A stretch of 64,000 bases of DNA from an uncultured delta proteobacterium (GCA_963711565.1 CAVQEQ010000004.1:1536001-1600000); one strand, 5' to 3'. Numbered from the stretch's first letter, positions 45,257 to 58,555 are shown. Program-made: numbers and translations. The notes: generated by a model not told the origin, from the letters alone.

Positions 45257-46180
45257 ATGATTCCCTTTGGCGGTAGTCCTCTCAATCGCGCGAGCGAGAA
45301 GCGGACCGATTCTAACTGGATCGAGTCCCGGCGGCGCGATCCGTCTTCGCTTGTGCTTCCGATGTGGCGGCTGGAGCCGTTTATTCTCGGGTCGGAAAAG
45401 TCGGGGCCTCCGGTTGAACTTGGCCTCGTGCGAGCAGGAGTCGTGGATTCGATCGTGGAGGCTGGCGCGCTGTGCCTTTTTTTGGGTCTCGACGGCGAGC
45501 GTGCGGTATTTGCGATGGACGTCCCTGGAGCCGATGATCCTGCGACCGCGGGGCCGCTCGCGGGCCTTGGATATTTTCGTGACGCGCGCGTGGCCGCGTC
45601 GATCGTCTCGCTCAAGGACGCCGCGATAATCGCGCAGGCGAAGGCGATGATCGATTGGCATCAGCGGCACGGCTTCTGCGCGCGATGCGGTGCGCCGACG
45701 AAAATTATGGACGCCGGTTACCGGCGGCTGTGCGGCCAATGCAAGGCCGAACATTTTCCGCGCGTCGATCCGGTGGTAATCATGCTCGCGACTTTCGGCG
45801 AGGCGTGCCTGGTTGGGCGCGGCAAACAGTTTCCGCCCGGGATGTTTTCGGCGCTGGCAGGCTTCGTCGAGCCCGGCGAAACGATCGAAGAAGCGGTGCG
45901 ACGCGAGCTGATGGAGGAAGCGTCGGTGAAGGTGGGCGAGGTCACCTATTACGCCACGCAGCCGTGGCCGTTTCCGTCGTCGCTGATGATTGGATGTTTC
46001 GCGAAGGCGGAGAGCCGCGACGCCAAGGTCGATGAAAACGAACTGGCGGAAGTGCGCTGGCTGGAGCGCAGCGTCGCGCGCGAGCTGATCGAAGGAAAAC
46101 AGATAGACGGTCTGCGAGTGCCGCCGCCGATTGCGATCGCGCATCATCTGATAAGGACGTGGGCGCTTGGTGGCAAATAG
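45257..46180 (+). CDS. nudC: NAD(H) pyrophosphatase / NAD-cap decapping Nudix hydrolase
   Basis: Zn ribbon FCARCG..C..C, FPR.DP.VI, Nudix box GFVEPGETIEEAVRRELMEE, QPWPFPSSLM. Confidence 0.92.
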   Translation: MIPFGGSPLNRASEKRTDSNWIESRRRDPSSLVLPMWRLEPFILGSEKSGPPVELGLVRAGVVDSIVEAGALCLFLGLDGERAVFAMDVPGADDPATAGPLAGLGYFRDARVAASIVSLKDAAIIAQAKAMIDWHQRHGFCARCGAPTKIMDAGYRRLCGQCKAEHFPRVDPVVIMLATFGEACLVGRGKQFPPGMFSALAGFVEPGETIEEAVRRELMEEASVKVGEVTYYATQPWPFPSSLMIGCFAKAESRDAKVDENELAEVRWLERSVARELIEGKQIDGLRVPPPIAIAHHLIRTWALGGK

Positions 46181-46305
46181 GGCTTCGTGTTCCCGCCGGG
46201 ACCAGCGGTACTGAAAATCAGCACTGGGGATAGTCCTACAGTTAGTTTCGTTCGGCGCCAACTGCTAGACTCCTGCCGCAGCGGAGGACGCGCTCGGTGG
46301 GGGAA

Positions 46306-46971
46306 ATGTTGGCGAGCGACCGGAAATCAGGTCTGTCGGCGGCACTCGTCGCGCTGCTTGCGGCGATCGCGTTCGGCACGGCGGGATGCATGCTGCCGTT
46401 GCTTGGGGCGATTCCGTCGGTAATCAATCTTGTGCACTCCGCTTTCACGTCGGGCAGCAGCACCAAAGACGACGCTGAAGCGAAGAATGCGGAAGCGGCC
46501 GCACCCACCGTAGAAGCCGACGCGCCCACAGACGAGGCGGGCAAGCCACCGCCCAAACTGACCCCCGGAAATATCTGCCAGATGATGGCGATTGCGCATC
46601 CGGATATGGTGCTGGTCGAGTTGCGCAAGGACGCCGCGGGCGCCCCCGAGTATCGCGAACTTCATCTGCAGAATTCCGCGGACGAAGCGCACTGGACCCC
46701 TGTCGTTGACAGCGATACAGGCGCGGGCGGCTGGATTCCGGCGGTGAACTTTCTCAAGATGGATTTCCAGCCTCCTTTGACTGACGTGATTCCGCCCGCT
46801 GGGACCTGCTACCTCGCGTATGCGCCAATCGCGATAGACCCGAACAATCCCTACCAGGCAGCGGAACTCAAGTCTGTTGCCGGAGGTCCAGTGAGCACTT
46901 TCTCGTGGGCCGGGCGAACCTACCAATACAAGGTGGCGCCTACCGTGCCCTGCCTTTCTCCATCATCGTAG
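46306..46971 (+). CDS. Hypothetical lipoprotein
   Basis: Hydrophobic N-terminus with TAGC lipobox; fills the gap between nudC and the glucan synthase. Confidence 0.6.
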   Translation: MLASDRKSGLSAALVALLAAIAFGTAGCMLPLLGAIPSVINLVHSAFTSGSSTKDDAEAKNAEAAAPTVEADAPTDEAGKPPPKLTPGNICQMMAIAHPDMVLVELRKDAAGAPEYRELHLQNSADEAHWTPVVDSDTGAGGWIPAVNFLKMDFQPPLTDVIPPAGTCYLAYAPIAIDPNNPYQAAELKSVAGGPVSTFSWAGRTYQYKVAPTVPCLSPSS

Positions 46972-46997
46972 AGATCTGTCGGCAACGCCGTTTCGGC

Positions 46998-49900
46998 TCA
47001 GCCAAGTATGATCCGTACGCGATGCGTCACGTTGTCGTCGGCTAGAGCGATTTGCGCCGGCCGTTGCACGAGCGCCTGGCCGTCGAGCTCGACGCTGCTC
47101 ACACCGCGACTGACGCCACGCGGGTTTTCGACCGCGATTTCGTAGCGCGTCGAGCCGTGCCGATAGACAACCTCGAAGCCCGGCCACTTGCTCGGGATGC
47201 ATGGATCGATCAGCAACGTTTTGCCGCGGAGACGAAAGCCCAATATCCACTCGAGGCCCGCGCGATACATCCATCCCGCCGAGCCCGTGTACCAGGTCCA
47301 TCCGCCGCGCCCGATATGCGGCGGCGTCGAGTACAGGTCGGCGCACACGACGTACGGCTCGACCTTGTAGCGCTGGATACCGGCGCGGGTGTTCGCATGA
47401 TTGATCGGGTTCAGAATCGAGTACAGCTCATTCGCCTTGTCGCCATCACCGAGCATCGCAAAGGCGATGACGGACCATAGCGCGCCGTGCGTGTATTGGC
47501 CGCCGTTCTCCCTGATGCCGGGCGGATAGCCCTTGATATAGCCGGGGTCGAGTGGAGTGTGATCGAACGGCGGCGTGAACAGCAGCACCAGCCCGTCTTC
47601 GCGTTTGACCAGGTATTCGTCAACTGACGCCATCGCCGCGGCGGCGCGGACCGGGCTCGCGGCGCCCGAGATTACGCTCCATGACTGCGCGATCGAATCG
47701 ATTCGGCATTCGATACTGCCGGCCGAGCCGAGCGGCGTGCCGTCATCGAAGTAACCGCGCCGATACCAGTTGCCGTCCCATCCGTCGCGCTCGAGCGATG
47801 CCGCAAGGGCGGTCGCATGATTCCTCCAGGCCGTGGCGCGCGCGTCGCGGCGAATATCCGCCAACGGGGCAAAAGCCTGGAGCGTCGTGTAGAGGAACCA
47901 TCCGAGCCAAGTGCTCTCGCCCTTGCCCGCCTCGCCGACGCGGTTCATACCGTCGTTCCAATCGCCCGATCCGAACAGCGGGATTCCGTGGACGCCAACC
48001 GCGAGGCTTTGATCGAGGGCCAGCGCGCAGTGATCGAAGACTGTGGCGCGCTGCTCGGAAACCGTCGGTTGAAAAAACGACTCTACCTCGCCGGCATTCA
48101 GCTCCGGCCCGTCGAGGAAGGGAACCGTTTCGTCGAGGATGCCGAGGTCGCCGGTCACCTCTATATAATGAGCGACCGCATACGCGAGCCAGACGCGATC
48201 GTCGGCAATGCGCGTGCGAACTCCCTGTCCCGCAGGCGGCAGCCACCAGTGCTGGACGTCGCCGGCGACAAACTGGCGCGATGCCGCGCGAATCAGTTGC
48301 TCGCGCGTGATCGCCGGTTGCGCCACCGTCAACGCCATCACGTCCTGGATCTGATCGCGAAAACCGTACGCTCCGCCCGCCTGATAGAAAGCTGAGCGCG
48401 CCCACACGCGGCACGCCAGCGTCTGATACAGCAGCCATCGGTTGAGCATGACGTCCATCGAACGGTCAGGAGTCTTGACCTGCACCGTGTCGAGCATGCC
48501 GTCCCAGTATTGCGTGACCGCGGCCAGCACTGAGTCGAGATCGGCGTCGCGATATTTTTTGACCGACGCGATCGCATCGGCCCTGCTCGCCGCCTCGCCG
48601 AGAAGGAGCACCACCTCGGTCTCGGCGTTGGGCCGGAGCGACACGATGGTTTGCAGCGCCGCGCACGGATCCATCGCGGCGCCGGCCCTGCCGGACAGCG
48701 GCTTGTTGCCCGCAAGCGCGGCAGGATTGTCCAGCGTGCCGTTGCGTCCGAGAAACTCGGTCCGGTCGGCCGTCGATGAATTCTGCCGGCCTAGCATATC
48801 CACGAAGGCAATCCGCGTTCCGTATTCGACGCTGAACGAGTTGCGCGCGAGCACCGCCTGAGTTTCGGGCTCGATCCCGGTGACGACGTACGGGGCCGAA
48901 GCGCCGCGCGAAGTGCCGAGCACCCATTCCACGTAGCCGGTAATCGACAAGCGTCGCGTGCGCGGCGAGAGATTGCGAATCTTCAAGCGCGAAATCTTGA
49001 CCGAGTCGTCCACCGGCACGTACTGCGTCAGCTCGAGCGAAATTCCATGCGAAGTGTGCTCGAAGACACTGTAGCCGTGGCCGTGACGAACGGCGTACGG
49101 CGACCCGTCCTCACGGATCGGCAGCGCGGTCGGTCCCCATAGCTCGCCGCTATCGAGGTCGTGAACGTAGAGCACCTCGCCGGGCCGGTCGCTCACCGGA
49201 TCGTTTGACCATTGCGTAATCTGATGCTGCTGGCTGTTGATTGCCCAAGTGTAGCCAGCGCCCTCGACCGAGACCTGAAAGCCGAACGAGGGATTTGCGA
49301 TCACGTTGATCCATGGCGCCGGCGTCCATTGTCCCTCGCCGAGAATCGTAACGTACTCGCGGCCGTCCGCCGCAAATCCACCGAGCCCATTGAAAAATTC
49401 GACATCGCGCCGCGGCACCAGAATACTCGCCCGGTGCACGGCCGGCGTTCGCCGCGGCGGCGGTCCTGCAGCCGGCTGGAACACCTCGAGTCGTTTGACT
49501 TGCTCGGACAACGTGCCGCGGCGGCTTAGCAACACAGCGCGCGCCGCGGTCAGCAGAACGCTACGCAACTCGGCCGAAACCAGATCGGCGCGCAGCACGA
49601 ACACATTTCCGCATGAGCCCTGCCCGTCGGGCGCGCGCGCCGGGATGGTCCGAACGAGCGCCTCGAGCGCGTTCTGCAAGTCTTGATCGTATGACGGGGG
49701 CCGCTCGTTCAGGATCACCAGATCAACGCACAGCCGCTTCAGCCGCCAATACTCATGGGCGTGCACCAGCTCGCGCACGATTTCCATGTCCGAGGTCTCG
49801 TCGATCCGAACCAGCACGATGGGCAGGTCACCGGAAATCCCGGCGGGCCACAGCTTCGATTGTCCGCCCTCGCCGCGCCGCAGCAGGTCGGACGACGGCC

Positions 49901-52900
49901 GCAGCGTCGGATCGGAATAGAGCACGCGATTGGCGATACGCTGAAAGAGATGCGCCTGGTCGGCGTCAACGTTCAGGTGATGCAGTTGCACCTGCGCCTG
50001 CGTCCACGCCAGAGTGACCGCGCGCTCGAAAGCGTTCGAGTCGTGATGCTTATCGACCAGGTCGAGCACTTCGGTCCGTGACGGCGCAACGATAGTCCAG
50101 AACGCGACGCGCGCGGTCGCTCCCGCGGGGATTCGCAGGCGGCGGCGGACGCTGAAGATCGGATCGAGAACCGTACCGACGGTATCCGACAACGGCCGCC
50201 CGTCGATCACCGAGACGGCGTCGCGGATCTCGCGCCCACGCCCGAGAAATCGCGCACGGTCGGTCTCGAACTGGATCTCACCGATCGATTCACCTTCTGC
50301 CACCGCCAAGTGCGCCGCCCATATCGGCGCGTCGGTGGGCGCGCGGAGCCGCCGCGTCGCCAGAATCGCGCCGACTTCGGCGTCGAACTCCGTCTGCACG
50401 AACATCTTGGAGAAGGCCGGATGCGCCGTGTCGGCCGCCGCCGGCGCCAGCACGATTTCGGCGTACGAGGTCACCTCGACCTCTCGCACGCGGCTGCCGA
50501 GATTCGTGATCGACACGCGTCGGACTTCGGCGTCGTCCTCGGCCGACACTGCGACTTCGAGCGTGGTCGTCATGGTGCCGTCGCGGCGCACGATTTCCGC
50601 GCGGTCCTCGGAGAATTCGACTTCGTAACTGTCCGCCTCGACGCCCGCCGGTTGAAATCCCGCCGACCAGACCTTGCCGCTCTGTACATCGCGCACGAAG
50701 ATGTATGTTCCCCACGAATCGCGGGTCACGTCCTCGTGCCAACGCGTGACCGCCATCTCGTGCCAGCGGCTGAAGCCCGATCCGGCCGCGGTAATCATCA
50801 CAGTGTACTTGCCGTTGGATAGAAGATGCGTGCGCGGGATCAGATCGTGCGGTGAATGGAACCGGCGAATCGTCGGCGGCGCGTTCTCGCGAACGTTGGC
50901 TTCCGCCTTGACCTCTTCGGCCCGCGGGCGCGCCACCGCAACGTCGCGCGGCGTTCGCTCCTGCAGCAGCAGTTCGGTTGCCTGGATGATCGGCTCGAGG
51001 TGGAACCGCGCTCGCATCGCGCCGTCGTTCAACGCGTCGGCCAGCGCAACCAGCGTCATGCCCTGGTGATGCGCCATGTAGGCGCGCACGATCGCGACGT
51101 TCTCGCCCTCGGGCACGCGCGACGGCGTATAGTCCAGCGCCTCATACCAACCGAAATGGCCGAGGCCGCCCGCGGCCAGCAGCCGCGCGAAGTTCTGCAC
51201 CGCGGCCTCGGGATCGACCATCGCCGCCAGCGCCGTCGCATAGGGCGCGATCACCGCATTCTCGCTCAACCCGCGCTTCAGCCCGAGTCCGGGCACGCCG
51301 AAGTTCGAGTACTGATAGGTGAGCTCGAGATCGCGCGCGTTGTACGCGGACTCCGAGATTCCCCACGGCATCCCAAGCTCGGCGCCATACTTCATCTGCC
51401 GCCGCACCACCAACCGATTGGTTTGCTCGAGCAGGCTGCCGGCCGGTGCGCGCATCACCAGAGAAGGCATCAGGTACTCAAACATCGAGCCCGACCATGA
51501 AATCAGCGCCGAGCCGCGATCGACCGGCGTCATCGCGCGTCCCAGGCGGAACCAGTGCCGCGCCGGGATTTCCCCCTTCGCGATCGCGACGAAGCTCGCC
51601 AGCCGCGCCTCGGAGGCAAGCAAGTCGTAGCAGTTGGGATCGAGGCTGCCGTCGGTGACGCGATATCCAATCGACAGCAGCTGGCGCGCGGGGTCGAACA
51701 GGAAGTCGAACTTCATCGCGTCGAGCATCTTGCCCGCGACCGCGGCGAGTTCCGTCAGCCGCCGCTCGAGCGCGATGGCCGCGTCGCTCGCGCGCGCAAC
51801 CGGAACCCGATCGAGCGCCGAGTCCCGGCTCGCCGCGTTATTATATAGGTCCGGCAGATCGCCCAGCGTCGGCACCGCGTGGGGCGTCGTCGCACCAGCA
51901 TCCTGATTTGCCAACGGCTTCAGCAACTCGACGTCGCGTTGATGACTGCCGATGCACGCTCGCAGCGCCTCGGCCCATGCGAGCACCTCGCCGGAAGGGA
52001 AGTCTGCGCGTTCGAGCGTCAACGCGCGCGCGATGTCTGTGATTGAATCGCTGTGAGACGCGAGCTCCGTCAGCCACGCCGTCATCTCCACCACGGTCCG
52101 CGGCTCCGACTGCGTCAACGGCGCCATCGTGTCGAGCACTTCTTCGAGCTGCTTTGGCGTGACCGTGTAGCTGCGCCGGTCGGCGGTCAACCCTCGAAGC
52201 GACTCGCGAACGAGTGCGATCGAATCCTCGATGCCCTTGAGCCAATCCCGCTCCACCACCGGCCGCGCGACCATCTCGCGACACGCGTTGCCCAGCGCGA
52301 TTAAATGTCCCGCCAGATTGCCGCTGTCCACCGACGACACGTACTTGGGGTCGAGCGGCCGCAGATCGCGCGTGCCGTACCAGTTGTAGAAATGCCCGCG
52401 GAACTGCTCCATCCGCTTCAGCGTGTCGAAGGTCGCGCCGAGCCGCTCGACGGTCTCATGCGTCCCGATCCAGCCGAAGTCGTGCGCCGCGACGATCGAC
52501 AACAGGTACAAACCTATGTTGGTAGGCGACGTCCGATGCGCCAGCACCGGCTTGGGGTCTTCCTGAAAATTGTCGGGCGGGAGCATATTATCTTCCGCAG
52601 TCACGAACTTTTCGAAGAAGCGCCAGGTGCGGCGAGCGCTAAGCCGCAGCGCGGTCGTGTCGCCGAGCGAAAGCACCTTGGCGCCCTCGGTCGGCGGCGG
52701 CATGCTTGCCCATCGCGCTATCGCCGGCGACAGCATCCACAACATCACGAATGGGATCGCGATTAATCCGCCGCCACGGCCCGCCCACGCGACAACGACG
52801 GCGACGATCATGCCGAGCGCCAGCCCGCCGGCCATCGTCGCGTAGAACCCGCGGACATCGAGGCGCGTCGTCCGCTTTGCCTGCGCCGCCGTCGTCCACT

Positions 52901-55707
52901 CGAGCATCAGCCGATGACTCACGTACAGGCGGTAGAGCGTTCGCGAAATCGCGTCGATCATCAGCCACGCCTGATGCGCCAGTAGGGTCAGCATCATCGC
53001 GAGCTGCGAGAGCCCCGACACGAAATCCTTGCCCACGGCGAGAATATGACTGCGCTTAGAGATGTCGCGGCGTCGCGGGATGATTCCGGTCACGAACGGA
53101 AGCATCGGCGCGGTCGCGATCGTCGCGACGATGAACGCGGTCCAGATTGCGGCGGCGAGCGGCGGCAGCGTCCATCCAGCGACCAATGTCAACAATACGA
53201 ATGGCGCCGACAGCGTGCGGCGCAGGTTGTCGATCATTTTCCAACGGCCGAGCGGCGGCATCGTCGAGCGGCCGTCGCGCGGCTGCGACGCGGCCGGGGC
53301 GGGATTGGAACCGTGCGCGCGGCCCAGGATCCACGGCAAAAGTTGCCAGTCACCGCGAGCCCATCGATGCTGCCGGGCGGCGGCAACGTCGTACCGCGAA
53401 GGAAACTCCTCGACCAGTTCGATGTCAGAGACCAGGCCCGAGCGCGCGAAAGTTCCTTCGAAAAGATCGTGGCTCAGAAGCGTGTCGTCCGGGACGCGGC
53501 CCGCGAGCGCCGCCTCGAACACGTCCACATCGTAAATCCCCTTGCCGCTGTACGAGCCTTCATCGAGAAGATCCTGGTAAACGTCGGACACGGCGAAGGC
53601 ATACGGATCGATTCCCGCGGCGCTCGAGAAGACGCGCTGGAAAACTGAGCCGTCGCGCCCGGTCGGCAGTGACGCCGTGATTCGCGGCTGCAGAACTCCG
53701 TGACCCTCGATCACGCGGCCGAGCTGCTTGTCGAATCGCGGCGCGTTCAGCGAATGCGCCATCTTGCCGACCATCCGCTTGGCGGCGCCGCGCGGCAGAC
53801 GCGTATCCGCATCGAGCGTGATCACGTAACGCACGCCGTCGGGGACCGTCGGCGGACGTCCGTCCGACGCGACGAACGTGATATCTGTCGCGCCGCGCAG
53901 CAGCCGATTCAGCTCGTGCAACTTGCCGCGCTTGCGCTCCCATCCCATCCACACGCCTTCGGCTGCGTCCCAGACGCGATGGCGATGGAGCAACAAAAAT
54001 CTCGGCGGCCGGCCCCGCTCCGTGACGTTGATTCAGTCGCGCGATTCCGGCCGTCGCTGCGGCCAGCAGATCGTCGTCGCCGGGCGCGGTTTCTGTGGCG
54101 GAGTCGATCCAGTCCGACAGGAGCGCGAAATACAGCTCGCCATCCGGACTCGCAAGGTAATGAACCTCGAGACGCTCGATCTGCTCGTCGATCTCGGCGC
54201 GCGTGGTCAACAGAGTCGGCATCACGACGAGCGTGCGCAGGTTCGCCGGCACTCCGTCGTGAAGCTCGAGCGCGGGAATCACGGCGGGACCGATTACGGT
54301 CGTCACGGCGCGATTCACCAACGCGACCGCCGCATCCATCGCCGGAATTATCGCGAGCATCGCGAGAATGAGCCGGGTCAATCCGCTGACGCTGGCGTCC
54401 ACAATTGCCAGCAGCCCGCATGCGACGATTACCGCAGTGACGACCGCGATGGTGCCGAGATAGCCCTTGATCCCGGCCGCCGCATTGGCGCGAGCGATCC
54501 AGTCGCGCACCGGCGCACGAAATCCCAGCTTAGCTTCGAGCGCGTGACGCCCCTCTGAAATCAGGTAGTAGCCGGGATGATGCTCGCGGCGCGCCACCAC
54601 GCCGTCGTTGGGCTTTGCGGACGCCGCGCTCTTCGCCGAATCGATCGCGCTTTGTGCTACTTCGGTTTCGGTGTGCCCTGAACCCAGCGCGAGTTTTTCG
54701 ATCGCATGCCGATAACGATCGCGCGTGGCAAAATCCATCGCGGCGAAATCGCTGTTGGCGCGCAGCACCGCATCGACCGCGCTCACGCTCTCGAAAAAAT
54801 CCGCCCAGTCGACCGCCGACATCAGGCGCATGCTCGTGATCACGTTGCGGACCGTCACGTTCATCGCGCCCTGCCCCTGGTGCACTTCGCGGACGATCTC
54901 GTCGGCCGTGGTTCCCTGCGCCGCGAGCCGCTGATCCAGCCAAGTGAGCGCCGGCGCCACCTTGGCGTCCTGGTCGCGCAGGCGTTGAACCATTTCCACC
55001 GCGAACGCCGCCGGCACCGGCGACCGATCGAAATCCTTGAACACAACGTCCGCCGCTTCCGCCTCGCGGCCGTTTGCTCCCAGCAGCCTGTCCGCCATCG
55101 CGTCGGCTCGCTGGCGTTGCACACGGCTGCGGCCAATCAGTTCAGCGGCGCGCCGCAGATTTTCGACCAGCACTATCCGAAGCGTGATGGCGACCGCCCA
55201 CAGCTCGCCGATCGTGAGCGGTTGCACGTGCTGGTAGGCCTGCACGAACCTCGCCAGCGTCTGCGTGTCGAAGTGACTGTCGGTATGCGCGATGTAGGCC
55301 CACGCGATCCCGAACACGCGCGGATATCCTTCCAGCGGACCCTCGGCGAGCTTGGGGAGTTGACGGTAGAATCCGCGCGGCAGGTCGTCGCGAATTTCGC
55401 GAATCTGCTCTTCGACGACGTGAAAATTATCGACCAGCCATTCCGCCGCCGGCGTGATCGCACGCTCCTCGCGGATCGCGCCCGCGATACTCCGATAGGC
55501 CTCGAGCAACACGCGTCCGTTGTCGCGCACCCGCGGCGCCATCGGCCTGCCGCGCCCCGGGCGGTCCGTGACGCGCTGCGCGACCGCCAGCGTCTCGCCA
55601 TGCTGTTCCAGTCGTTCGACGCTGAACAGTTCCGCTCTGATCGGCTCTTCTGTGTGTGCGAAACCAGGGGCAGGTGGCTTAGGCGCGCGAAGAAATAACA
55701 GGCTCAA
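46998..55707 (-). pseudogene. ndvB: Cyclic beta-1,2-glucan synthase (Cgs/NdvB, GT84 plus GH94), frameshifted near 54000
   Basis: EWLVDNF, WMGWERKRGKL, TLDADT, SHDLFEG, RW.RGDWQ, TSPTNIG, SWSGSMFEY, GFRDQ.QD, GDWNDGM, ENGGQYTH; two ORFs join at AAE(R)FLLLHR. Confidence 0.88.
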
Positions 55708-55872
55708 ACTTGCCTCTCGATCCGGACGGCCGGCTGCTGGATGAACTAGATCCGAAATGCGCAGAGTGACGAGCGCAGCCCGATGCGGGGAACGATCGTG
55801 TTAGTGCGTCGCGCGAGTATATCAGAACGCGCGCGCCAAGCCTCGCCAGAAGCCCGTCCAATCTGCCACCTT

Positions 55873-56913
55873 ATGAATATGAAAAAGAGCAATCCTGAAA
55901 TTTGGATGATCACCTTCCCGACTCCCGGAGCCTTCGCGCAGTTGGCGCGAATGGTTGAAGAGAGCGGCTTCGATGGAATCGGGCTTGTCGATACTCAGAA
56001 TCTGGCGGCGGACCCCTATTCGGAATTGTGCCTTGCGGCACACGCCACCAAGCACCTGAAGCTGCGCACCGCGGTTACCAACCCGGTGACTCGTCATCCT
56101 GCCGTGACTGCTTCGGCGATCGCGACCGTCCATGCGGAGTCCGGCGGACGCGCGACACTCGGAATCGGCCGGGGTGATTCCGCAGTTGACAAGATTGGCG
56201 AACGCGCACCGTCGAGCAAGGATTTCGCGCGCTACATTTCGCAGGTACAGGGTTTCCTGCGCGGCGACGAAGTCACGCTCGATAACGGCTACCACAGCCG
56301 CAACGAATGGATCGCGCGCGCCAATCTGCCCAAGGTGCCGGTCAACGTCGCGGCCACCGGGCCTCGCGTGATCGAGGTCGGTGCGAGAGTCGCCGACTCA
56401 GTAACGTTTGCGGTCGGCGCCGATTCGGAACGGCTGCTGTGGGCCGTCGGTCACGCTCGAAAAGCTCGCGAGCAAGCCGGGCTGGATCCCTCGACGCTCA
56501 AGCTCGGCGCATTTCTAAACGTGGTAGTGCATCCCGATATTGCGCGCGCGCGTGAGATGGCGCGCGGCACGGTCGGCGTCATCGCGCACTTCTCGGGAAT
56601 GTCCCGCGATTCGGCGGCAGGAATGCGTCCGGACGATCGCGCGGTCGCGCAGAAGGTCGGTGAGACCTACGACATGTCGCGGCATACCCGGGCCGACGCC
56701 GGTCACGCCCAGTTCATCGATGACGCCTTCGTCGATCGATTCGCTATCGCAGGACCTCCCGCTCATTGCATCCAGCGCTTCGACGCGATTCGCGAACTCG
56801 GGCTTGATCATTTGATCATCGTCGGTCCCGGAGCCAACGTCGCGCCCCAAGACCACATGCAGACGGTGCGGCTCTTCGCGACGGAGGTTCTACCGGCCCT
56901 CAAGTCAGCTTGA
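55873..56913 (+). CDS. LLM-class (probably F420-dependent) oxidoreductase
   Basis: E..GFD..DTQN, VTNP.TRHP.VTA, LGIGRGDS, AATGP. Confidence 0.87.
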   Translation: MNMKKSNPEIWMITFPTPGAFAQLARMVEESGFDGIGLVDTQNLAADPYSELCLAAHATKHLKLRTAVTNPVTRHPAVTASAIATVHAESGGRATLGIGRGDSAVDKIGERAPSSKDFARYISQVQGFLRGDEVTLDNGYHSRNEWIARANLPKVPVNVAATGPRVIEVGARVADSVTFAVGADSERLLWAVGHARKAREQAGLDPSTLKLGAFLNVVVHPDIARAREMARGTVGVIAHFSGMSRDSAAGMRPDDRAVAQKVGETYDMSRHTRADAGHAQFIDDAFVDRFAIAGPPAHCIQRFDAIRELGLDHLIIVGPGANVAPQDHMQTVRLFATEVLPALKSA

Positions 56914-57505
56914 AGCTGGCGACCAATTCCTTCAGCCGATCCTTCGCGTCGCCGATTACAGATACGCCGTCGCCCACCAGGATAGTGTCGAAGTCGAGCG
57001 CGAGCATTTGCTGGACGCTGCGCCGCAGGCGCGCCGGATCGTCCATCACACTCTCGCGCAGCATACTTAGCTGCCCGGGCGGATTCCCGATAACCGCGTC
57101 GCCCACGATCAAGACTCTTCGCGCGGGCCAAAGGAACGCCACCTCGCCGGGACTCTTTCCACTCGCGCCTACGACTTCGAGCGCGCCGATCCTTTCACCC
57201 TCGCGAAGGTCACCGTCGAGTGCGGCGCCCTGCCCTTTTGCGTATCCAGCGTCGTCGGGATGAATGTAGGAACGGGCGCCGGTGCGCTCGCGAATCTTGT
57301 TTGCCGCCCGCACGTGATTTCGGTTCGTTAGAAGAATTCGGCTCACTCCCATCCGGACAAGTTCACTCATCACTTCATCGTTCGGCTCGACCGGATCGAT
57401 GCAGATGTTTCCGCCGGGCTCTTGAATCAGCAGACTGTTGAAGTTGTAGCCATGCGGCTCGGAAAACCATGACCATGTAAAAACGTCGCCGAGTATCGTT
57501 TGCAT
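56900..57505 (-). CDS. Metallo-beta-lactamase-fold protein
   Basis: IDP, LTN..H.R, GK.PG, GDA, LVGDG; AAGGAG RBS. Confidence 0.75.
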   Translation of the reverse strand: MQTILGDVFTWSWFSEPHGYNFNSLLIQEPGGNICIDPVEPNDEVMSELVRMGVSRILLTNRNHVRAANKIRERTGARSYIHPDDAGYAKGQGAALDGDLREGERIGALEVVGASGKSPGEVAFLWPARRVLIVGDAVIGNPPGQLSMLRESVMDDPARLRRSVQQMLALDFDTILVGDGVSVIGDAKDRLKELVASFKLT

Positions 57506-57656
57506 CTGTTGCTCCTTGCCGCCGTCGATCATAATCCCGCGCGCGTGTGGGATACCAATGGCCGCTGCGGCGGTTGGCAGCCTGACCCGCGCCGACTATT
57601 GATAAACGATGCCCCGCTTCGAGCGGGCGAGCTTCAGACCAACACGGAGAGAAATC

Positions 57657-58517
57657 ATGGCTAGACTCGAAAAGAAAGTTGCAGTGATTACCGGTGCGGC
57701 GAGCGGAATCGGCCGCGCCACCGCGATTCGATTCGCAGGCGAAGGCGCCGCGGTCGTGATCGCCGATCTTAACCGCGAGGGCGGAGACGCCGCGGTGCGC
57801 GATTGCAAGGAGAACGGCGGCAACGCGGTCTTCCAGCTCACCGACGTCGCGAGCGAAGAAAATATCAAGAGCGCTGTCGATCGCGCGGTCAAGGAATTCG
57901 GGCGTCTCGACATCATCTATAACAACGCCGGTCTGGGCGGCGCGGTCGGGCCGCTCGAGAAGACCAGCGCCGAAAACTGGGACCGCAGCTTCGCGATCCT
58001 GCTCCGCGCGGTCTTCCTCGGCATCAAGCACGCGGTGCCCGAGATGCGCAAGACGGGCGGCGGTTCGATCATCTCGACCGCCTCGATCGCCGGACTGCGT
58101 GGCGCAGCCGGGTTGCATGCATACTGCGCTGCCAAGGCCGGAGTGATCAGCCTGACCCGCTCGGCTTCGATCGAACTGGCCAAGGACAAGATTCGCGTCA
58201 ATTGCATCTGTCCGGGTCTGATCGCGACTCCGCTGACTTATAATCGCATCCCGGGCGGCGAACAGACGGCGACGCAACTCTTTGCCGCCTTCCAGCCGTG
58301 GCCGCGTGCGGGACGACCCGAAGATATTGCGGCGATGGCGCTGTTCCTCGCCAGCGACGACTCGGAGTTCGTCAGCGGCCAGGCGATGGTGGTCGATGGC
58401 GCCGTGACATCGGGAATGGGCTCGGGCAACCTGAATCGGGGCTCGCAAGCGCAAGCGCCGCAAATCCTCGATGACGAATGGGCGGGGCCGTCGTTCCAGA
58501 TGAAGCGACCGTCGTAG
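57657..58517 (+). CDS. Short-chain dehydrogenase/reductase
   Basis: TGAASGIG, NNAG, YCAAK, IRVN.ICPG. Confidence 0.93.
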   Translation: MARLEKKVAVITGAASGIGRATAIRFAGEGAAVVIADLNREGGDAAVRDCKENGGNAVFQLTDVASEENIKSAVDRAVKEFGRLDIIYNNAGLGGAVGPLEKTSAENWDRSFAILLRAVFLGIKHAVPEMRKTGGGSIISTASIAGLRGAAGLHAYCAAKAGVISLTRSASIELAKDKIRVNCICPGLIATPLTYNRIPGGEQTATQLFAAFQPWPRAGRPEDIAAMALFLASDDSEFVSGQAMVVDGAVTSGMGSGNLNRGSQAQAPQILDDEWAGPSFQMKRPS

Positions 58518-58555
58518 CCGCGTCATAACTTTCTTCGCGCGGAGGGAATTCGATC

